From contig LCFP01000009.1 in the NCBI GenBank assembly GCA_000999095.1, forward strand, positions 1 through 47,646: a stretch of 47,646 nucleotides of DNA, given 5' to 3'. Made by a program: the position numbers and the translations under genes. Below are positions 28,007-41,950 of this stretch, one piece after another. The notes below the pieces were generated by a model. The model was not told the origin of the DNA. It ran no database searches and worked only from the letters and a program-made list of their open reading frames with translations. Position 1 is the stretch's first letter, and each line of letters starts with the position of its first letter. This DNA comes from Candidatus Gottesmanbacteria bacterium GW2011_GWA2_43_14. Its GTDB lineage: Bacteria > Patescibacteriota > Microgenomatia > 2-02-FULL-39-11.

Positions 28007-30508
28007 TTAAGACAGGCAAGTAGCGGCAGCTACGGAGTCATTAGGATCGGAGAATCTCATCAGAATGACTCCCTGGGTTGCCCTGGATAGTCTGGGTACG
28101 GAAGCGATGGGCAATTTGACTACCTGGCCTTTGTTGGAAGTTAATACCAGGTTCTGGCAGTCTGTCGGAATCATTTGGGCTGAGGCGACTTTGCCGGTTT
28201 TTTTGGTGATTTCAGCCACTTTGACCCCCTGTCCGCCCCGGTGCTGTTTGGGAAAACCGGAGAATGGAGTTTTTTTGCCGATGCCTTTTTCCATGATGGC
28301 CAGGAAGTCATTCTGGGCACGTTCTTTGTCGATGATTTCCATGGAAACGACATAGTCTCCGCTTTGGGTGAGGATGCCGCGCACTCCCATGGTATCGCGG
28401 GCAGTTGGCCGGATCTCGGTTTCCGGGAATTTTATCGATTTTCCATCATGGGTAACGAGGAGTATATTGTCCTGTCCGGTTGACTGCTTTGCCCACCTCA
28501 GTTCGTCGTCTGCTCCCAGTTTGACAGCGACCAGTCCGTTCCTTCTGATATTTTCATACTCCTTGAGTTTGGTTTTTTTAACCGTGCCTTTTTTGGTTGC
28601 CATGGTGATATAGGCAAATTTTTTCGCCACCTCGCCTTTAAGGGCATAGGAAAGAACCGAAGTCACAATTTCCGACTGGTCGATATTGATCAGGTTGACA
28701 ATCGCCTGGCCTTTGGCCACCCGCGAACCTTCAGGCAGGTCCCAGACCCTCAACTGGTAAACTTTGCCTTTATTGGTAAAGAAAAGAATATTGTCATGGG
28801 TAAATGCCGAAAGCAGGTGTTCGATAGAGTCTTCATCCTTGGTGGTCATGCCGATGACGCCCTTGCCGCCCCTGGCCTGGACTTTGAATGAAAGAGGCGA
28901 CTGGCGCTTGACGTAACCGGTTTTAGTGATGACGATGACTGTTTCTTCATTGGCAATCAGCTGTTCATCGGAAAATTCGCCGACTTTTGATTTAAAAACG
29001 CGGGTCCGCCTCGGGTCCGCGTATTTTTCTTTGAGTCTGACCAGTTCGTCTTTGACTACCTTGAGGATTTTTTCCGGATGGGACAGAAGATCGGTCAGAT
29101 AAGTAATAGTTTCGCGGATCATCGCCAGTTCATCTTCGATTTTCTGCCTTTCCAGAGCCGCCAGTCTTTTCAACTGGAGGTCCAAAATAGCCTGGGCCTG
29201 CAATTCCGAAAGTTTGAAGCGTGTCATCAGTTTAATTCTGGCCTCATCGACATCCTTGGCTTTTTTGATAATCTCAACCACTTCATCGATATGGTCGACG
29301 GCAATTTTCAGCCCTTCCAGGATATGTTCCCGGGCGCGGGCTTCCCTCAGTTCAAATTCACTCCGGCGGCGGATGACGCTGTGGCGGTGTTTGATGTATT
29401 CCTCAAGGATCACTCTCAAAGTCAGGGTCTGGGGTGTGCCTTCAACCAGTGCCACCATGTTTACCGGGAAAGAGGTTTGCAGATTAGTATGCTTGTATAG
29501 GTTATTGAGGATTTTTTTTGGTACCGCATCGCGTTTCAGTTCAACCACGACCCGGATGCCTCTGCGGTCTGATTCATCCCTAAGGTCTGTTATTCCTTCT
29601 ATCTTTTTGTCTTTGACCAGTTGGGCGATATGGGCTACCAGCATGGCTTTATTTACCTGGTACGGCAGTTCGGTTACGATAATGGCCGATTTACCCCGGT
29701 CAGTTTCTTCGATTTCCGCTTTGGCCCGCATGATGATTTTGCCCCTGCCTGTTGAATAGGCATTTTTGATTTCATCGATATCGTAGATTGAGGCGGCCGT
29801 CGGAAAATCAGGCCCATGAATATAAGTCATCAGCTCGTCAACCGAAGTCTCAAATTGGAATTGCGGCGGCCCGTCCTTTATTTCGTCTTCTGCTTTGGTC
29901 AGTTTGGTTTTATCAAGCATGTGGATAATGGCATCAACAACTTCACCGAGATTATGCGGTGGGATCTTGGTGGCCATGCCAACAGCTATGCCGTCCGAGC
30001 CCATCAGGAGGAGGTTGGGTAATTTGGCCGGCAACCAATCGGGTTCTTTGAGAGTCTGGTCAAAGTTAAGGGTATAATTGACGGTTTCCTTTTCCAGGTC
30101 CGTCATCATTTCCTCGGCGATTTTTGCCAGTTTGACCTCGGTGTAACGCATGGCCGCCGGCGGGTCGCCGTCAACAGAGCCGAAATTGCCCTGGCCGTTG
30201 ATCAGGGGGTAGCGCATGGAGAAGGTCTGGGCCAGGCGGACTAATGCGTCATAAACCGGCATGTCGCCGTGCGGATGGTATTTGCCCAACACTTCTCCCA
30301 CGACCTTGGCACTTTTAGTATGTTTGGATGAGGCGTGTAGACCCATCTGGTGCATGGCAAAAAGAATTCGGCGGTGGACAGGTTTGAGGCCGTCACGGAC
30401 ATCAGGTAAAGCCCGGGAGACGATCACGCTCATGGCGTAATCGAGATAACTCCGTTTCATTTCGGAGGTAATGTCTACTGCTTCGATTTTACCGATATTA
30501 CTGTCCAT
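28007..30508 (-). CDS. gyrA: DNA gyrase subunit A
   Basis: [31 protein letters not shown]; GyrA-box QARGGKG and beta-pinwheel CTD. Confidence 0.97.
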   Translation of the reverse strand: MDSNIGKIEAVDITSEMKRSYLDYAMSVIVSRALPDVRDGLKPVHRRILFAMHQMGLHASSKHTKSAKVVGEVLGKYHPHGDMPVYDALVRLAQTFSMRYPLINGQGNFGSVDGDPPAAMRYTEVKLAKIAEEMMTDLEKETVNYTLNFDQTLKEPDWLPAKLPNLLLMGSDGIAVGMATKIPPHNLGEVVDAIIHMLDKTKLTKAEDEIKDGPPQFQFETSVDELMTYIHGPDFPTAASIYDIDEIKNAYSTGRGKIIMRAKAEIEETDRGKSAIIVTELPYQVNKAMLVAHIAQLVKDKKIEGITDLRDESDRRGIRVVVELKRDAVPKKILNNLYKHTNLQTSFPVNMVALVEGTPQTLTLRVILEEYIKHRHSVIRRRSEFELREARAREHILEGLKIAVDHIDEVVEIIKKAKDVDEARIKLMTRFKLSELQAQAILDLQLKRLAALERQKIEDELAMIRETITYLTDLLSHPEKILKVVKDELVRLKEKYADPRRTRVFKSKVGEFSDEQLIANEETVIVITKTGYVKRQSPLSFKVQARGGKGVIGMTTKDEDSIEHLLSAFTHDNILFFTNKGKVYQLRVWDLPEGSRVAKGQAIVNLINIDQSEIVTSVLSYALKGEVAKKFAYITMATKKGTVKKTKLKEYENIRRNGLVAVKLGADDELRWAKQSTGQDNILLVTHDGKSIKFPETEIRPTARDTMGVRGILTQSGDYVVSMEIIDKERAQNDFLAIMEKGIGKKTPFSGFPKQHRGGQGVKVAEITKKTGKVASAQMIPTDCQNLVLTSNKGQVVKLPIASVPRLSRATQGVILMRFSDPNDSVAAATCLS

Positions 30509-30532
30509 AAAACCTGATTTGCGATAAAAAAC

Positions 30533-32557
30533 TTACTTGCCGATGACCTGGATGACAAAGGGAGCTATCAGTAAAGCAACTATCTGGACGATTTTCATCA
30601 TCGGATTCAACGCCGGTCCGGCGGTATCTTTCAAGGGATCCCCTACCGTGTCGCCGACTACGGCTGCTTTATGTGCTTCCGAGCCTTTTCCGCCAAAATT
30701 GCCGTCCTCGATATACTTTTTGGCATTATCCCAGGCTCCGCCGGCATTGCACATATAGAAAGCCAACATCAGTCCTGAAACAACGACTCCGCCTAAAAAG
30801 CCGCCCAGGGCCATAGCACCGAACAGTCCAGTTACTACAGGCACCAGAATGACGATAGCTGCCGGAATTATCAGTTCACGCTGGGCTGCCCTGGTGACAA
30901 TCTCAACCACTTTGGTGTAATCGGGTTTGGCTTTGCCCTGCATGATGCCTTTTATTTCCCGGAATTGCCGTCTGACCTCTTCGACTACTTCATAGGCAGC
31001 CCGGCCGACACTTTTGATCAGTCTTGAACTGAAGAGAAACGGTAAAGCTCCTCCTATTAACAGTCCCACGAATACCTTGGGATCAGCAATATTAATGGTC
31101 GTCAGGCCGGTGGCTTCGAAATAGGTGGCAAAAAGGGATGAGGCTGCCACGGCAGCCGAGCCTACCGCAAAGCCTTTAGTCAGGGCTTTGGTGGTATTGC
31201 CAACCGCATCCAGGCTGGCAGTTACTTTTTGAGCCTTACCTGACAATCCTGCCATTTCAACCATACCCTGGGCATTGTCGGATATGGGACCATAAGTATC
31301 CAGGGACATGATAATACCCGTTGTGGCCAGCATGCCCATGCCTGCCAGGGAAATACCGTAGAATCCCAAAAAAGCATATCCGGCATAGATGGTTGCCGCC
31401 ACAATCAGGACTGAGACAAAAGTCGATTCCATGCCTAGGCCAAGTCCCGCAATCAGGGTTGTGCCGCTGCCGGTTCTTGAAGCTTCAGCGACAGCCACAA
31501 CCGGTTTTTCTCCGGGTCCGGTGTAATATTTGGTGACGTAAAGCAATGCCATCATGGAAATAATGCCCGTCACAGCCGCAAAACCGGCTCTGGGTTCTTT
31601 CAGGAGGAAGACAGCCAGTATCATAAAGATGACTACAGCTGCAACAGCCGAGATGATAAAACCCCGGATTAAGGGTTTGATGGGGTTTTCAGTTTCGTTT
31701 TTGGCTTTGACAAAAAATGTCCCCAGGATGGAAGTCAGAATGGCTCCCGAGCGGGCTAAAAGCGGAAAGACAACACCGGGCAGGCCGAAAAGAGACCCGC
31801 CCAAAATCATGGCTGCCACAATCGTTAAAGCGTAAGATTCAAAGACATCAGCCGCCATGCCGGCACAGTCTCCCACATTATCACCTACGTTATCGGCTAT
31901 GACAGCCGGATTCCGGGGGTCGTCTTCGGGAATACCCTTTTCCACTTTGCCTACCAGGTCAGCTCCCACGTCAGCAGCCTTGGTAAAAATACCGCCGCCC
32001 ACCCGCATAAATAAGGCAAGCAGAGCTGCCCCGAAGCCGTATCCGACCAGGATATCAGTGGCATTCCGGGTAACGAATTCCGGTCCCAGGGACGAGTAAT
32101 TGAAATATGACCACATATAAATCAGGGAGACACCGAGAAGTCCCAAGCCTACTACCAGCATGCCGTTGACGGTACCGGCTCTGAAGGCTGTCTGCAGGGC
32201 AGGATTCAATCCTTTTTGGGCATTGTTGGCAGTGCGGACATTTGCAGCCACGGCAATCCACATACCGAAGTATCCGACAACGGCTGAAAAGATGCCGCCC
32301 ATGACAAAAGTTATGGCGATACCGGTTCCCAAAGTAAGGGCGATAATTACTGCCAGGATAGCCATCAGCGGCAGGACGATTTTAAACTGGCGGTTCAAAT
32401 AGGCCATGGCTCCTTCCCGGATTGCCAGGGCTATAGTCTTTAGTTTGTCCGAGCCTTCTTCTTCGGCCAGGACTTTTTTCGAAAGGTAGATTCCGTAAAT
32501 TAGGGCAAGGACGGCAGTAATGGGTGCTCCGAACAGAGCGATCAGTTGAATATCCAT
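30533..32557 (-). CDS. hppA: Membrane-bound pyrophosphatase, K+-independent H+-pumping type
   Basis: GGGIFTKAADVGADLVGKVE, DDPRNPAVIADNVGDNVGD, GNTTKA (Lys), GDTVGDPLKDTAGP; strong SD AAGGAGG. Confidence 0.95.
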   Translation of the reverse strand: MDIQLIALFGAPITAVLALIYGIYLSKKVLAEEEGSDKLKTIALAIREGAMAYLNRQFKIVLPLMAILAVIIALTLGTGIAITFVMGGIFSAVVGYFGMWIAVAANVRTANNAQKGLNPALQTAFRAGTVNGMLVVGLGLLGVSLIYMWSYFNYSSLGPEFVTRNATDILVGYGFGAALLALFMRVGGGIFTKAADVGADLVGKVEKGIPEDDPRNPAVIADNVGDNVGDCAGMAADVFESYALTIVAAMILGGSLFGLPGVVFPLLARSGAILTSILGTFFVKAKNETENPIKPLIRGFIISAVAAVVIFMILAVFLLKEPRAGFAAVTGIISMMALLYVTKYYTGPGEKPVVAVAEASRTGSGTTLIAGLGLGMESTFVSVLIVAATIYAGYAFLGFYGISLAGMGMLATTGIIMSLDTYGPISDNAQGMVEMAGLSGKAQKVTASLDAVGNTTKALTKGFAVGSAAVAASSLFATYFEATGLTTINIADPKVFVGLLIGGALPFLFSSRLIKSVGRAAYEVVEEVRRQFREIKGIMQGKAKPDYTKVVEIVTRAAQRELIIPAAIVILVPVVTGLFGAMALGGFLGGVVVSGLMLAFYMCNAGGAWDNAKKYIEDGNFGGKGSEAHKAAVVGDTVGDPLKDTAGPALNPMMKIVQIVALLIAPFVIQVIGK

Positions 32558-32587
32558 CTTCCTCCTTATAAATTAATTAAATCACCA

Positions 32588-35328
<2,741 letters not shown>

Positions 35329-35369
35329 AAAACTAGAATATTCTAAATATTCCAGGATTGTCAAATCTG

Positions 35370-35408
35370 TACCGATCCAGGATCGGTATAGCTAGGACGA
35401 TCCGGGAT
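35370..35408. repeat. REP-like palindromic repeat, right copy
   Basis: TACCGATCCAGGATCGGTATAGCTAGGACGATCCGGGAT with perfect inverted repeat TACCGATCC-A-GGATCGGTA. Confidence 0.9.
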
Positions 35409-35410
35409 AG

Positions 35411-36064
35411 TTAGGATCTCGGGAAACCTAAAAGAAGGATATCGATGACTAATTTGTGGTTTACGTTTCCTGAAATAAATTTTTTAGCCTGGACTGTGCG
35501 TCTGAGCGCCTCAGCAGTTTGGGAAAAATCTTTTTTGTATTGAAGTAGTCTTTTTTCCAAGGAAGCAGCCAACTTATCTACAAAAACGACAGCTTCTTCG
35601 CGGGTTTTTGCCAAATTTTCCGACAACAGCAGCCTACGGCCGGGACTGGCTGCAAAAATTTCCTCAAGAGTGCCCACCGGCAGGCTTTCCGTTTCGTTTA
35701 TATCCGTCTGAGACGCACGCAGAATTTGGCTTCTGGATAAAACGGTTGGCAGGATTTGGTTGTCGGAAGAAGCAGTCATCACAATAACAGTAGTTTGCGT
35801 TGGCTCTTCCAGAATTTTTAAAAGGGCATTTTGAGCTTCCGAAGTAGCAGTATCAATACTATGGACAACCAGCATTTTCTTAAGTCCTGCTAAAGGTTTT
35901 TTGGCACTGGCAAATACCGCCTGGCGTACCTGAGCAATACCGATTGAAGAATCAGAAGTCAGCTGATATAAATCGAATTCTGAGATATCGTATTCTTTCA
36001 TCAACTCTGCAATTTTAGCCTGGCGAAAGTTGTTGTCTTTACCTAAAATCAGAAAGGTCTGCAT
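35411..36064 (-). CDS. holB: DNA polymerase III delta'-like clamp-loader subunit (short)
   Basis: SIGI.QVR, EAQNALLKILEEP and ILPTVLSR motifs. Confidence 0.8.
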   Translation of the reverse strand: MQTFLILGKDNNFRQAKIAELMKEYDISEFDLYQLTSDSSIGIAQVRQAVFASAKKPLAGLKKMLVVHSIDTATSEAQNALLKILEEPTQTTVIVMTASSDNQILPTVLSRSQILRASQTDINETESLPVGTLEEIFAASPGRRLLLSENLAKTREEAVVFVDKLAASLEKRLLQYKKDFSQTAEALRRTVQAKKFISGNVNHKLVIDILLLGFPRS

Positions 36065-36141
36065 ACGGCTTTATTTCATTGACAATTATAAGACAATAAA
36101 ATGATAATAAAAATATCTCTCCTTAATAAAAGGAGGGCTAC

Positions 36142-37845
36142 TTGTCTATGGATTTTGGCCAGAAACTTCTGCAAATACTAACCGATCAGGGTGAGCTGAC
36201 TGTTGAGGCGGCCGAGGAAATCAAGCTTGCCGCGATAAACTCCGATACTCCGGTTGTCGATATCCTTCTTAAGAGACATGTTGTTGACGAGGAAAAATTG
36301 CTGAAGGCTAAAGCTAAGGCGATGAATGTTCCTTTTGTTTCCCTTTTAGGCCGTGGTATTTCACAAGATATTCTCTCTTTGCTGCCTGAACCGGTCGCCC
36401 GCCGCTATAAACTTATTCCTTTGGAAATCGATAAAAACAGCGGCAAGCTGTCTGTAGCCATGACCGATCCGTTGAATTTGCCGCTGATTGAGTTTTTGGA
36501 ACAAAAAAGCGGCAAAGCGATCAATCCCTGTTTGGCCAACGAGCAGGAAATTTTATCCAAGATAAATGAACAGTATTCTCAGGGATTGGCATTTGATGTA
36601 ACCGAAGCCTTAAAAGAAACAATCTCTGGAGGCGTCAGGACGGTTAAAGCAGAAAATATTAACCAGATAATCAAGGAAGCTCCCATTGCCAAAATAGTAT
36701 CGACTGTCCTGGAATATTCCGTTAAAAACAGGGCTTCGGATATTCATATCGAACCTCAGGAAACCAGGACACGCATAAGATACCGCATCGACGGCGTGCT
36801 TCATGAGAAATTAGCCTTGCCCAGGACAGTCCATGAGGCGGTTTTGTCGCGCATCAAAATATTAGCCAATATGAAAATTGATGAAAAGAGGCTGCCCCAG
36901 GACGGCCGCTTCAATTTCAAAATGGGAGATGAAGAGGTTGATTTGAGAGTATCTACCTTGCCTACCATATTCGGGGAAAAAGTCACCATGAGGCTTTTGC
37001 GGAAAACCGGCGGCATCCCCTCTCTCCAGGACTTAGGATTGACAGGCGTCCCCTTGAAAAATCTGCAGGCAGCCGTGAGCAAACCTCATGGAATTGTGCT
37101 GGTGACCGGGCCGACCGGCTCCGGCAAAACAACGACTTTATATTCCATCCTGACCCGCTTAAACTCAGCCAATGTCAATATCATTACCCTTGAGGATCCT
37201 GTTGAGTATGAAATTGTCGGGTTAAACCAAGTCCAGGTAAATCCCCAGGCCGGCCTGACTTTTGCCTCCGGCATGCGTTCATTTCTGCGTCAGGACCCAA
37301 ATATTATATTGGTTGGCGAGATCCGCGACACAGAAACGACACAGCTGGCTGTCCAGGCTGCCCTGACAGGACACCTGGTTTTTTCCACCCTGCACACCAA
37401 TAATGCCGCTACGACCATTCCCAGGTTATTGGATTTGGGTGCAGAACCTTTTTTAATAGTTTCTGTCCTGAATGCTGTCGAAGCGCAAAGAATCGTTAGA
37501 AGAATCTGCAACTCATGTAAAATTGAGTTTTCACCCGACCCTCAGGCGGAAAATGATATGAGGACAGTTTTGGGAAATTTAATTCCTTCGGGTGAGTTGA
37601 AATTATTTAAAGGACGCGGCTGTGAGAAATGTAATCATACCGGTTATCTGGGCAGGGTCGGTATTTTCGAAACTTTAATCGTATCCCCTGCCATAGCCAG
37701 GCTTATCATGGAACGGGCAACAGCTGAAACCATCGAGAAACAGTCAGTTTCCGAGGGTATGATCACATTAAAGCAGGACGGCTATTTGAAAGTCTTACAA
37801 GGCACAACCACGCTGGAGGAAATATTCAGAGTAGCGCAGGAATAA
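36142..37845 (+). CDS. pilB: Type IV pilus assembly ATPase (PilB/GspE)
   Basis: ASDIHIEP, RLPQDGR, TGPTGSGKTTTLY, LRQDPN.ILVGEIRD, TGHLVFSTLH, two CxxC motifs; SD AAGGAGG. Confidence 0.93.
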   Translation: MSMDFGQKLLQILTDQGELTVEAAEEIKLAAINSDTPVVDILLKRHVVDEEKLLKAKAKAMNVPFVSLLGRGISQDILSLLPEPVARRYKLIPLEIDKNSGKLSVAMTDPLNLPLIEFLEQKSGKAINPCLANEQEILSKINEQYSQGLAFDVTEALKETISGGVRTVKAENINQIIKEAPIAKIVSTVLEYSVKNRASDIHIEPQETRTRIRYRIDGVLHEKLALPRTVHEAVLSRIKILANMKIDEKRLPQDGRFNFKMGDEEVDLRVSTLPTIFGEKVTMRLLRKTGGIPSLQDLGLTGVPLKNLQAAVSKPHGIVLVTGPTGSGKTTTLYSILTRLNSANVNIITLEDPVEYEIVGLNQVQVNPQAGLTFASGMRSFLRQDPNIILVGEIRDTETTQLAVQAALTGHLVFSTLHTNNAATTIPRLLDLGAEPFLIVSVLNAVEAQRIVRRICNSCKIEFSPDPQAENDMRTVLGNLIPSGELKLFKGRGCEKCNHTGYLGRVGIFETLIVSPAIARLIMERATAETIEKQSVSEGMITLKQDGYLKVLQGTTTLEEIFRVAQE

Positions 37846-37854
37846 AGTAATTAT

Positions 37855-38919
37855 ATGAATATTACGGAACTTTTAACCATAGCCATTACCCGTAATGCCT
37901 CCGATTTGCATCTGGTGATGAATTTCCCTCCTTCACTGCGCATAAACGGTGAACTGAAACCATTGCCGGCCTTAAATGATTTAAACAGTGAGGAACTGGA
38001 AAAGTTGATTTTTGACTGTCTTTCCCCGGCCCAAAAGGAATTGCTGGTTACCAACAGGGAATTGGATTTTTCCACGGTTTTTACGCTTACCAACGGCCAA
38101 AAATTCCGCTTCCGCGTCAATACCTATTACCAGAAAAATACTTTAGCCGCATCATTCCGGGTCATTCCTTCGAGCATTAAAACCCTGGCTGAATTGAATT
38201 TGCCCCAGATTCTGGGGAATTTTGCCACTTTACGGGAAGGTCTGGTGCTTTTGACCGGCCCTTCCGGCCAGGGCAAATCTACCACCATTGCTTCAATTAT
38301 TCAGAATATAAATGAAAACCGCATGGCTCATATAGTTTCCATCGAAGACCCGATCGAGTACGAATTCGCCAAATGCAAATCAGTGGTCTCGCAAAGGGAG
38401 ATGTACCAGGATACCCATTCGTGGAGAAACGCTTTGAAATATGTTGTCAGAGAAGATCCTGATGTGGTTTTTATCGGGGAAATGCGGGATTACGAAACCA
38501 TATCTTCAGTTCTGACCATCGCTGAAACCGGGCACCTGGTTTTTTCAACCCTGCATACCAACTCTGCCTCACAAACAGTCGACCGCATCATTGATATATT
38601 TCCCTCTGCCCAGCAGAGCCAAATCAGAATGCAGCTGTCATTGGTTTTGCGCGGGGTTGTTTCCCAAAGACTGGTGCCGACGGTAGCAGGTGGCCGGTTG
38701 CCGATCTGCGAGATCCTTCTGGGATCCGACTCAGTACGCAATACTATCCGTGAAGGCAATACCCATATGATCGACAATATTATCCAGACTTCGGCTGAGA
38801 GCGGTATGATGCTTTTTGAAGAACATCTGAGGCAAAGGGTGGAGCAAAATCTGATAGCCCATGATGTGGCGATGCAATACGCTTTAAGGCCGTCAACATA
38901 TTTACAGTTAGTGCGTTAA
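37855..38919 (+). CDS. pilT: Type IV pilus retraction ATPase
   Basis: ASDLHL, GPSGQGKSTT, EDPIEY, REDPDV.FIGEMRD, AETGHLVFSTLHT and VRNTIRE (AIRNLIRE-like) motifs. Confidence 0.93.
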   Translation: MNITELLTIAITRNASDLHLVMNFPPSLRINGELKPLPALNDLNSEELEKLIFDCLSPAQKELLVTNRELDFSTVFTLTNGQKFRFRVNTYYQKNTLAASFRVIPSSIKTLAELNLPQILGNFATLREGLVLLTGPSGQGKSTTIASIIQNINENRMAHIVSIEDPIEYEFAKCKSVVSQREMYQDTHSWRNALKYVVREDPDVVFIGEMRDYETISSVLTIAETGHLVFSTLHTNSASQTVDRIIDIFPSAQQSQIRMQLSLVLRGVVSQRLVPTVAGGRLPICEILLGSDSVRNTIREGNTHMIDNIIQTSAESGMMLFEEHLRQRVEQNLIAHDVAMQYALRPSTYLQLVR

Positions 38920-38922
38920 CTT

Positions 38923-40122
38923 ATGCCCAGATTTACCTATAAAGCCAAGGACAGTCAGAGTAAAACTGCCGAAGGTATTGTTGAAGCCAACAGTCTGAAA
39001 CAGGCGCAGAGTTTATTACATGAACGCGGTTTTTTCATCATCAGTTTAAAAGAGCAGACCCCGGGATTGTTCCAAAAGGGCGCGGGTACAGGCATTGCCT
39101 TTCAGGATCTGGTGCATTTTACCAGGCAGCTTTCAACCATGATCACCGCCGGTTTGACTCTGGATGAAGCTCTGTTGATCCTGATAGCGCAGATTAAGAA
39201 ACCCAAGCTGATTCTTCTGTTAAGGAAAATTGAGGAAGAAGTCAAATCAGGCAAGTCTTTTGCTTCCGTCCTGGCCAAATACCCCAAAGTCTTTCCCCCG
39301 GTCTATCTGTCTCTGGTTCAGGCGGGGGAAGCTTCGGGAAAGCTGGACACAATTCTCAGCCGGCTGGCGGAGAATCTGGAAAAAAGCCGCGATTTCCGCA
39401 ATAAAATAAGAGGAGCCTTGGTCTATCCGATCATTGTTATTTCAGGAATGGGTGTGGTCTCTTTTATAGTCATGACAGTGGTTGTGCCGAGACTGACTTC
39501 CCTTTATCAGGAATTTGAAATCGATTTACCGTTACCGACACAGATTATGATTACCCTTTCCAACATACTGGTTAATTCCTGGTATGTGATTGTTATCTCA
39601 ATTGTTTTGATTTTTGTCGTTTTTATGAATATCAGAAAATCGAAATACGGCCAGTTTGTCCTGTCTACATTGATATTGAATATCCCTGTTTTTGGCCCAT
39701 TGATAAAACAGTCTACCCTGGTAGAAATAACAAAAACCCTGGCTTTGTTGATCGAGGGCGGTGTGCCGATTCTGACTTCTTTGGAAATAGCCCAGCATAC
39801 CACCAATAACGTACTCTACCGCGAAGCTTTTGTGGAAGCTGCCCGAAAGGTGGAAAAGGGATTTCCCCTCTCCGACCCGCTGATGGAAAACAAGATCATG
39901 CCGACCATTCTGGGCCAGATGGTAGCTGTGGGCGAACATACCGGCCAGCTTGACGATTCTTTAAATAAACTGTCGGTTTATTTTGAAACAGAAGCCGATT
40001 CAGCCGTCAAGACTTTAACTACTATGATCGAACCGATTGTCATGGTTTTACTCGGAATAGGCGTCGGTTTTTTGGTCCTGGCGGTACTATTGCCCATTTA
40101 TTCCCTGACCAGCAAGTTCTAG
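38923..40122 (+). CDS. pilC: Type IV pilus platform protein (PilC/GspF)
   Basis: FTRQLSTMI.AG, GEASGKL, ALVYP, GEHTGQL and IEP..LPIY motifs. Confidence 0.93.
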   Translation: MPRFTYKAKDSQSKTAEGIVEANSLKQAQSLLHERGFFIISLKEQTPGLFQKGAGTGIAFQDLVHFTRQLSTMITAGLTLDEALLILIAQIKKPKLILLLRKIEEEVKSGKSFASVLAKYPKVFPPVYLSLVQAGEASGKLDTILSRLAENLEKSRDFRNKIRGALVYPIIVISGMGVVSFIVMTVVVPRLTSLYQEFEIDLPLPTQIMITLSNILVNSWYVIVISIVLIFVVFMNIRKSKYGQFVLSTLILNIPVFGPLIKQSTLVEITKTLALLIEGGVPILTSLEIAQHTTNNVLYREAFVEAARKVEKGFPLSDPLMENKIMPTILGQMVAVGEHTGQLDDSLNKLSVYFETEADSAVKTLTTMIEPIVMVLLGIGVGFLVLAVLLPIYSLTSKF

Positions 40123-40152
40123 TTGACAAATATTTTGGCTTATGCATAACAT
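40123..40152 (+). promoter_or_regulatory. Internal promoter for the pilin gene (leaderless layout)
   Basis: TTGACA-18 nt-TAACAT-6 nt-ATG (40159). Confidence 0.6.
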
Positions 40153-40158
40153 AGTATT

Positions 40159-40680
40159 ATGAAACAAAAAAGTTCAAATCCCGGTTTTACCCTGATAGAA
40201 ATATTAATCGTGGTCGCCCTGCTTGGAGCACTGACTATCGGACTTTTGGCCACACTTGATCCTTTCCAGCAGATCCGGAAAGGTGCTGATTCAGCCAGAA
40301 GGACGATGGCTTCCGACCTCTACCGGGCTTTTATCGCCTACCAGGCAACCAAAGGCTCTTTTCCCTGGACTGCTGATGTTCCTGCTACTTTGGCTAACGA
40401 TACTTCGATGACTGACGGAACGACCGGCTATATTACAGCCCTGGTGAACAGCGGCGAACTCAAAAGCAATTTTATTACGGCGGCAGGCAGCAATTTAGGC
40501 AAGCTTTATGTAACCTCAACTGATACCGCCGGCGTTTACGATCTGAATGTCTGTTACCTGCCCGAATCGAAATCATTCGCCAATGATCCGGCCGCAATCT
40601 ATGACAGCGCCGGTGCAGATGGACTTACATGTATCGCGAATGGATTAGGTTCAGACACCTGCTATATTTGCATAAAATAA
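40159..40680 (+). CDS. Type IV pilin, candidate major pilin
   Basis: G|FTLIEILIV class III signal; own predicted promoter; C-terminal Cys residues. Confidence 0.88.
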   Translation: MKQKSSNPGFTLIEILIVVALLGALTIGLLATLDPFQQIRKGADSARRTMASDLYRAFIAYQATKGSFPWTADVPATLANDTSMTDGTTGYITALVNSGELKSNFITAAGSNLGKLYVTSTDTAGVYDLNVCYLPESKSFANDPAAIYDSAGADGLTCIANGLGSDTCYICIK

Positions 40681-40706
40681 TATAGATCCCCAAATATTAT
40701 CTTTAA

Positions 40707-41471
40707 ATGATAATACCTGCTGTTTTTAGCATCGGCCTTGTCTGCGGCTCTTTTTTTAACCTTTTAATTGACCGGCTGCCGGAAAACGAGGACGTCATTT
40801 TCAAGCGATCCCATTGCGACCGCTGCGGCAGGACCCTTTCTGTTTCCGATTTGATACCCGTTATCTCTTTTGTCTTTTTGAAAGGCCGCTGCCGATACTG
40901 CCGACAACCTTTATCATGGAAATATCCGTTAATGGAAATTCTGACAGGCCTGCTTTTTCTTTTGGTGTATTTCCATTTATATCCTTTCATAAGTGTCAGT
41001 GATTATCTCAGGTTGTTTTATTTTCAGTCTGTAGCCGGCATACTTTTGGTTATCTTTTTTATCGATCTTAAGGAACATATTATTCCTGACTCACTTACTT
41101 TGCTGTTGATTTTGTTGACGCTTGTCTTTCAATGGTTTTATGCGCGGCCGGATATGACGCTCAATCTTTTGACAGGCGCTGGATTCCTGGCTTTTTTTCT
41201 GTTTCTTTTTCTTATCACCCGCGGCCGGGGCATGGGATTCGGCGACGTCAAATTGGCCTTTTTTATAGGGCTGTTCAGCGGCTTCCCGCGTATCATGGTG
41301 GTTTTTTACCTGGCTTTCTTGACAGGAGCGGGGCTTTCTTTGATACTGGTATCAGTGGGTAAAAAGAAGCTGAAAAGCACCATCGCTTTCGGACCCTTTC
41401 TGGTTTTTGCCACCCTGGCGGCCTTTTTTTACGGGGATACATTACTTGGTTATTTCTCTGCTTTTTTCTGA
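40707..41471 (+). CDS. pilD: Prepilin peptidase
   Basis: GSFFN..IDRLP, RSHC..C, GRCRYC, IDL...IIPD, GMGFGDVKL and FGPFL motifs. Confidence 0.94.
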   Translation: MIIPAVFSIGLVCGSFFNLLIDRLPENEDVIFKRSHCDRCGRTLSVSDLIPVISFVFLKGRCRYCRQPLSWKYPLMEILTGLLFLLVYFHLYPFISVSDYLRLFYFQSVAGILLVIFFIDLKEHIIPDSLTLLLILLTLVFQWFYARPDMTLNLLTGAGFLAFFLFLFLITRGRGMGFGDVKLAFFIGLFSGFPRIMVVFYLAFLTGAGLSLILVSVGKKKLKSTIAFGPFLVFATLAAFFYGDTLLGYFSAFF

Positions 41472-41479
41472 CAAAAACA

Positions 41480-41950
41480 ATGAACAAAATTCCTGCCCCC
41501 GACCGCTTAAAACGCACGAATTCCGGTTTTACCCTGATTGAGATCCTGATCGTTATTGCCTTAATAGGCATTCTGTCGACCGCACTTTGGAGCAATTTAA
41601 TCCAGTCCATCTATAAGGGAAAAGACGCCCGCCGGAAACAGGATCTGTCGGCTATCGCAAAGAGTCTGGAGCTTTATTATAATGACAATATCAGTTACCC
41701 GGCACCTCCTCTTGATTTCGGCAATCCCCTGACCCATCCTGATGACGCCAGTATCGTCTATATGGCGAAAATCCCGACTGATCCGGGTTATCCCGACAGG
41801 AATTATTGTTATGACGGAGGCGCTGATTTTTACAGACTCTATGCTAATCTGGAAATTTCCAGCGATCCGGATGTGCTGGAAGTCTTTGAAGCCTGTCCGG
41901 CTGACGGGGTCGAATATAACTATCTTATAAAAAGCACCAATTTGCCGTGA
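41480..41950 (+). CDS. Pilin/pseudopilin (GspG-like)
   Basis: G|FTLIEILIV; KDARRKQDL..I..SLELY...YP. Confidence 0.88.
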   Translation: MNKIPAPDRLKRTNSGFTLIEILIVIALIGILSTALWSNLIQSIYKGKDARRKQDLSAIAKSLELYYNDNISYPAPPLDFGNPLTHPDDASIVYMAKIPTDPGYPDRNYCYDGGADFYRLYANLEISSDPDVLEVFEACPADGVEYNYLIKSTNLP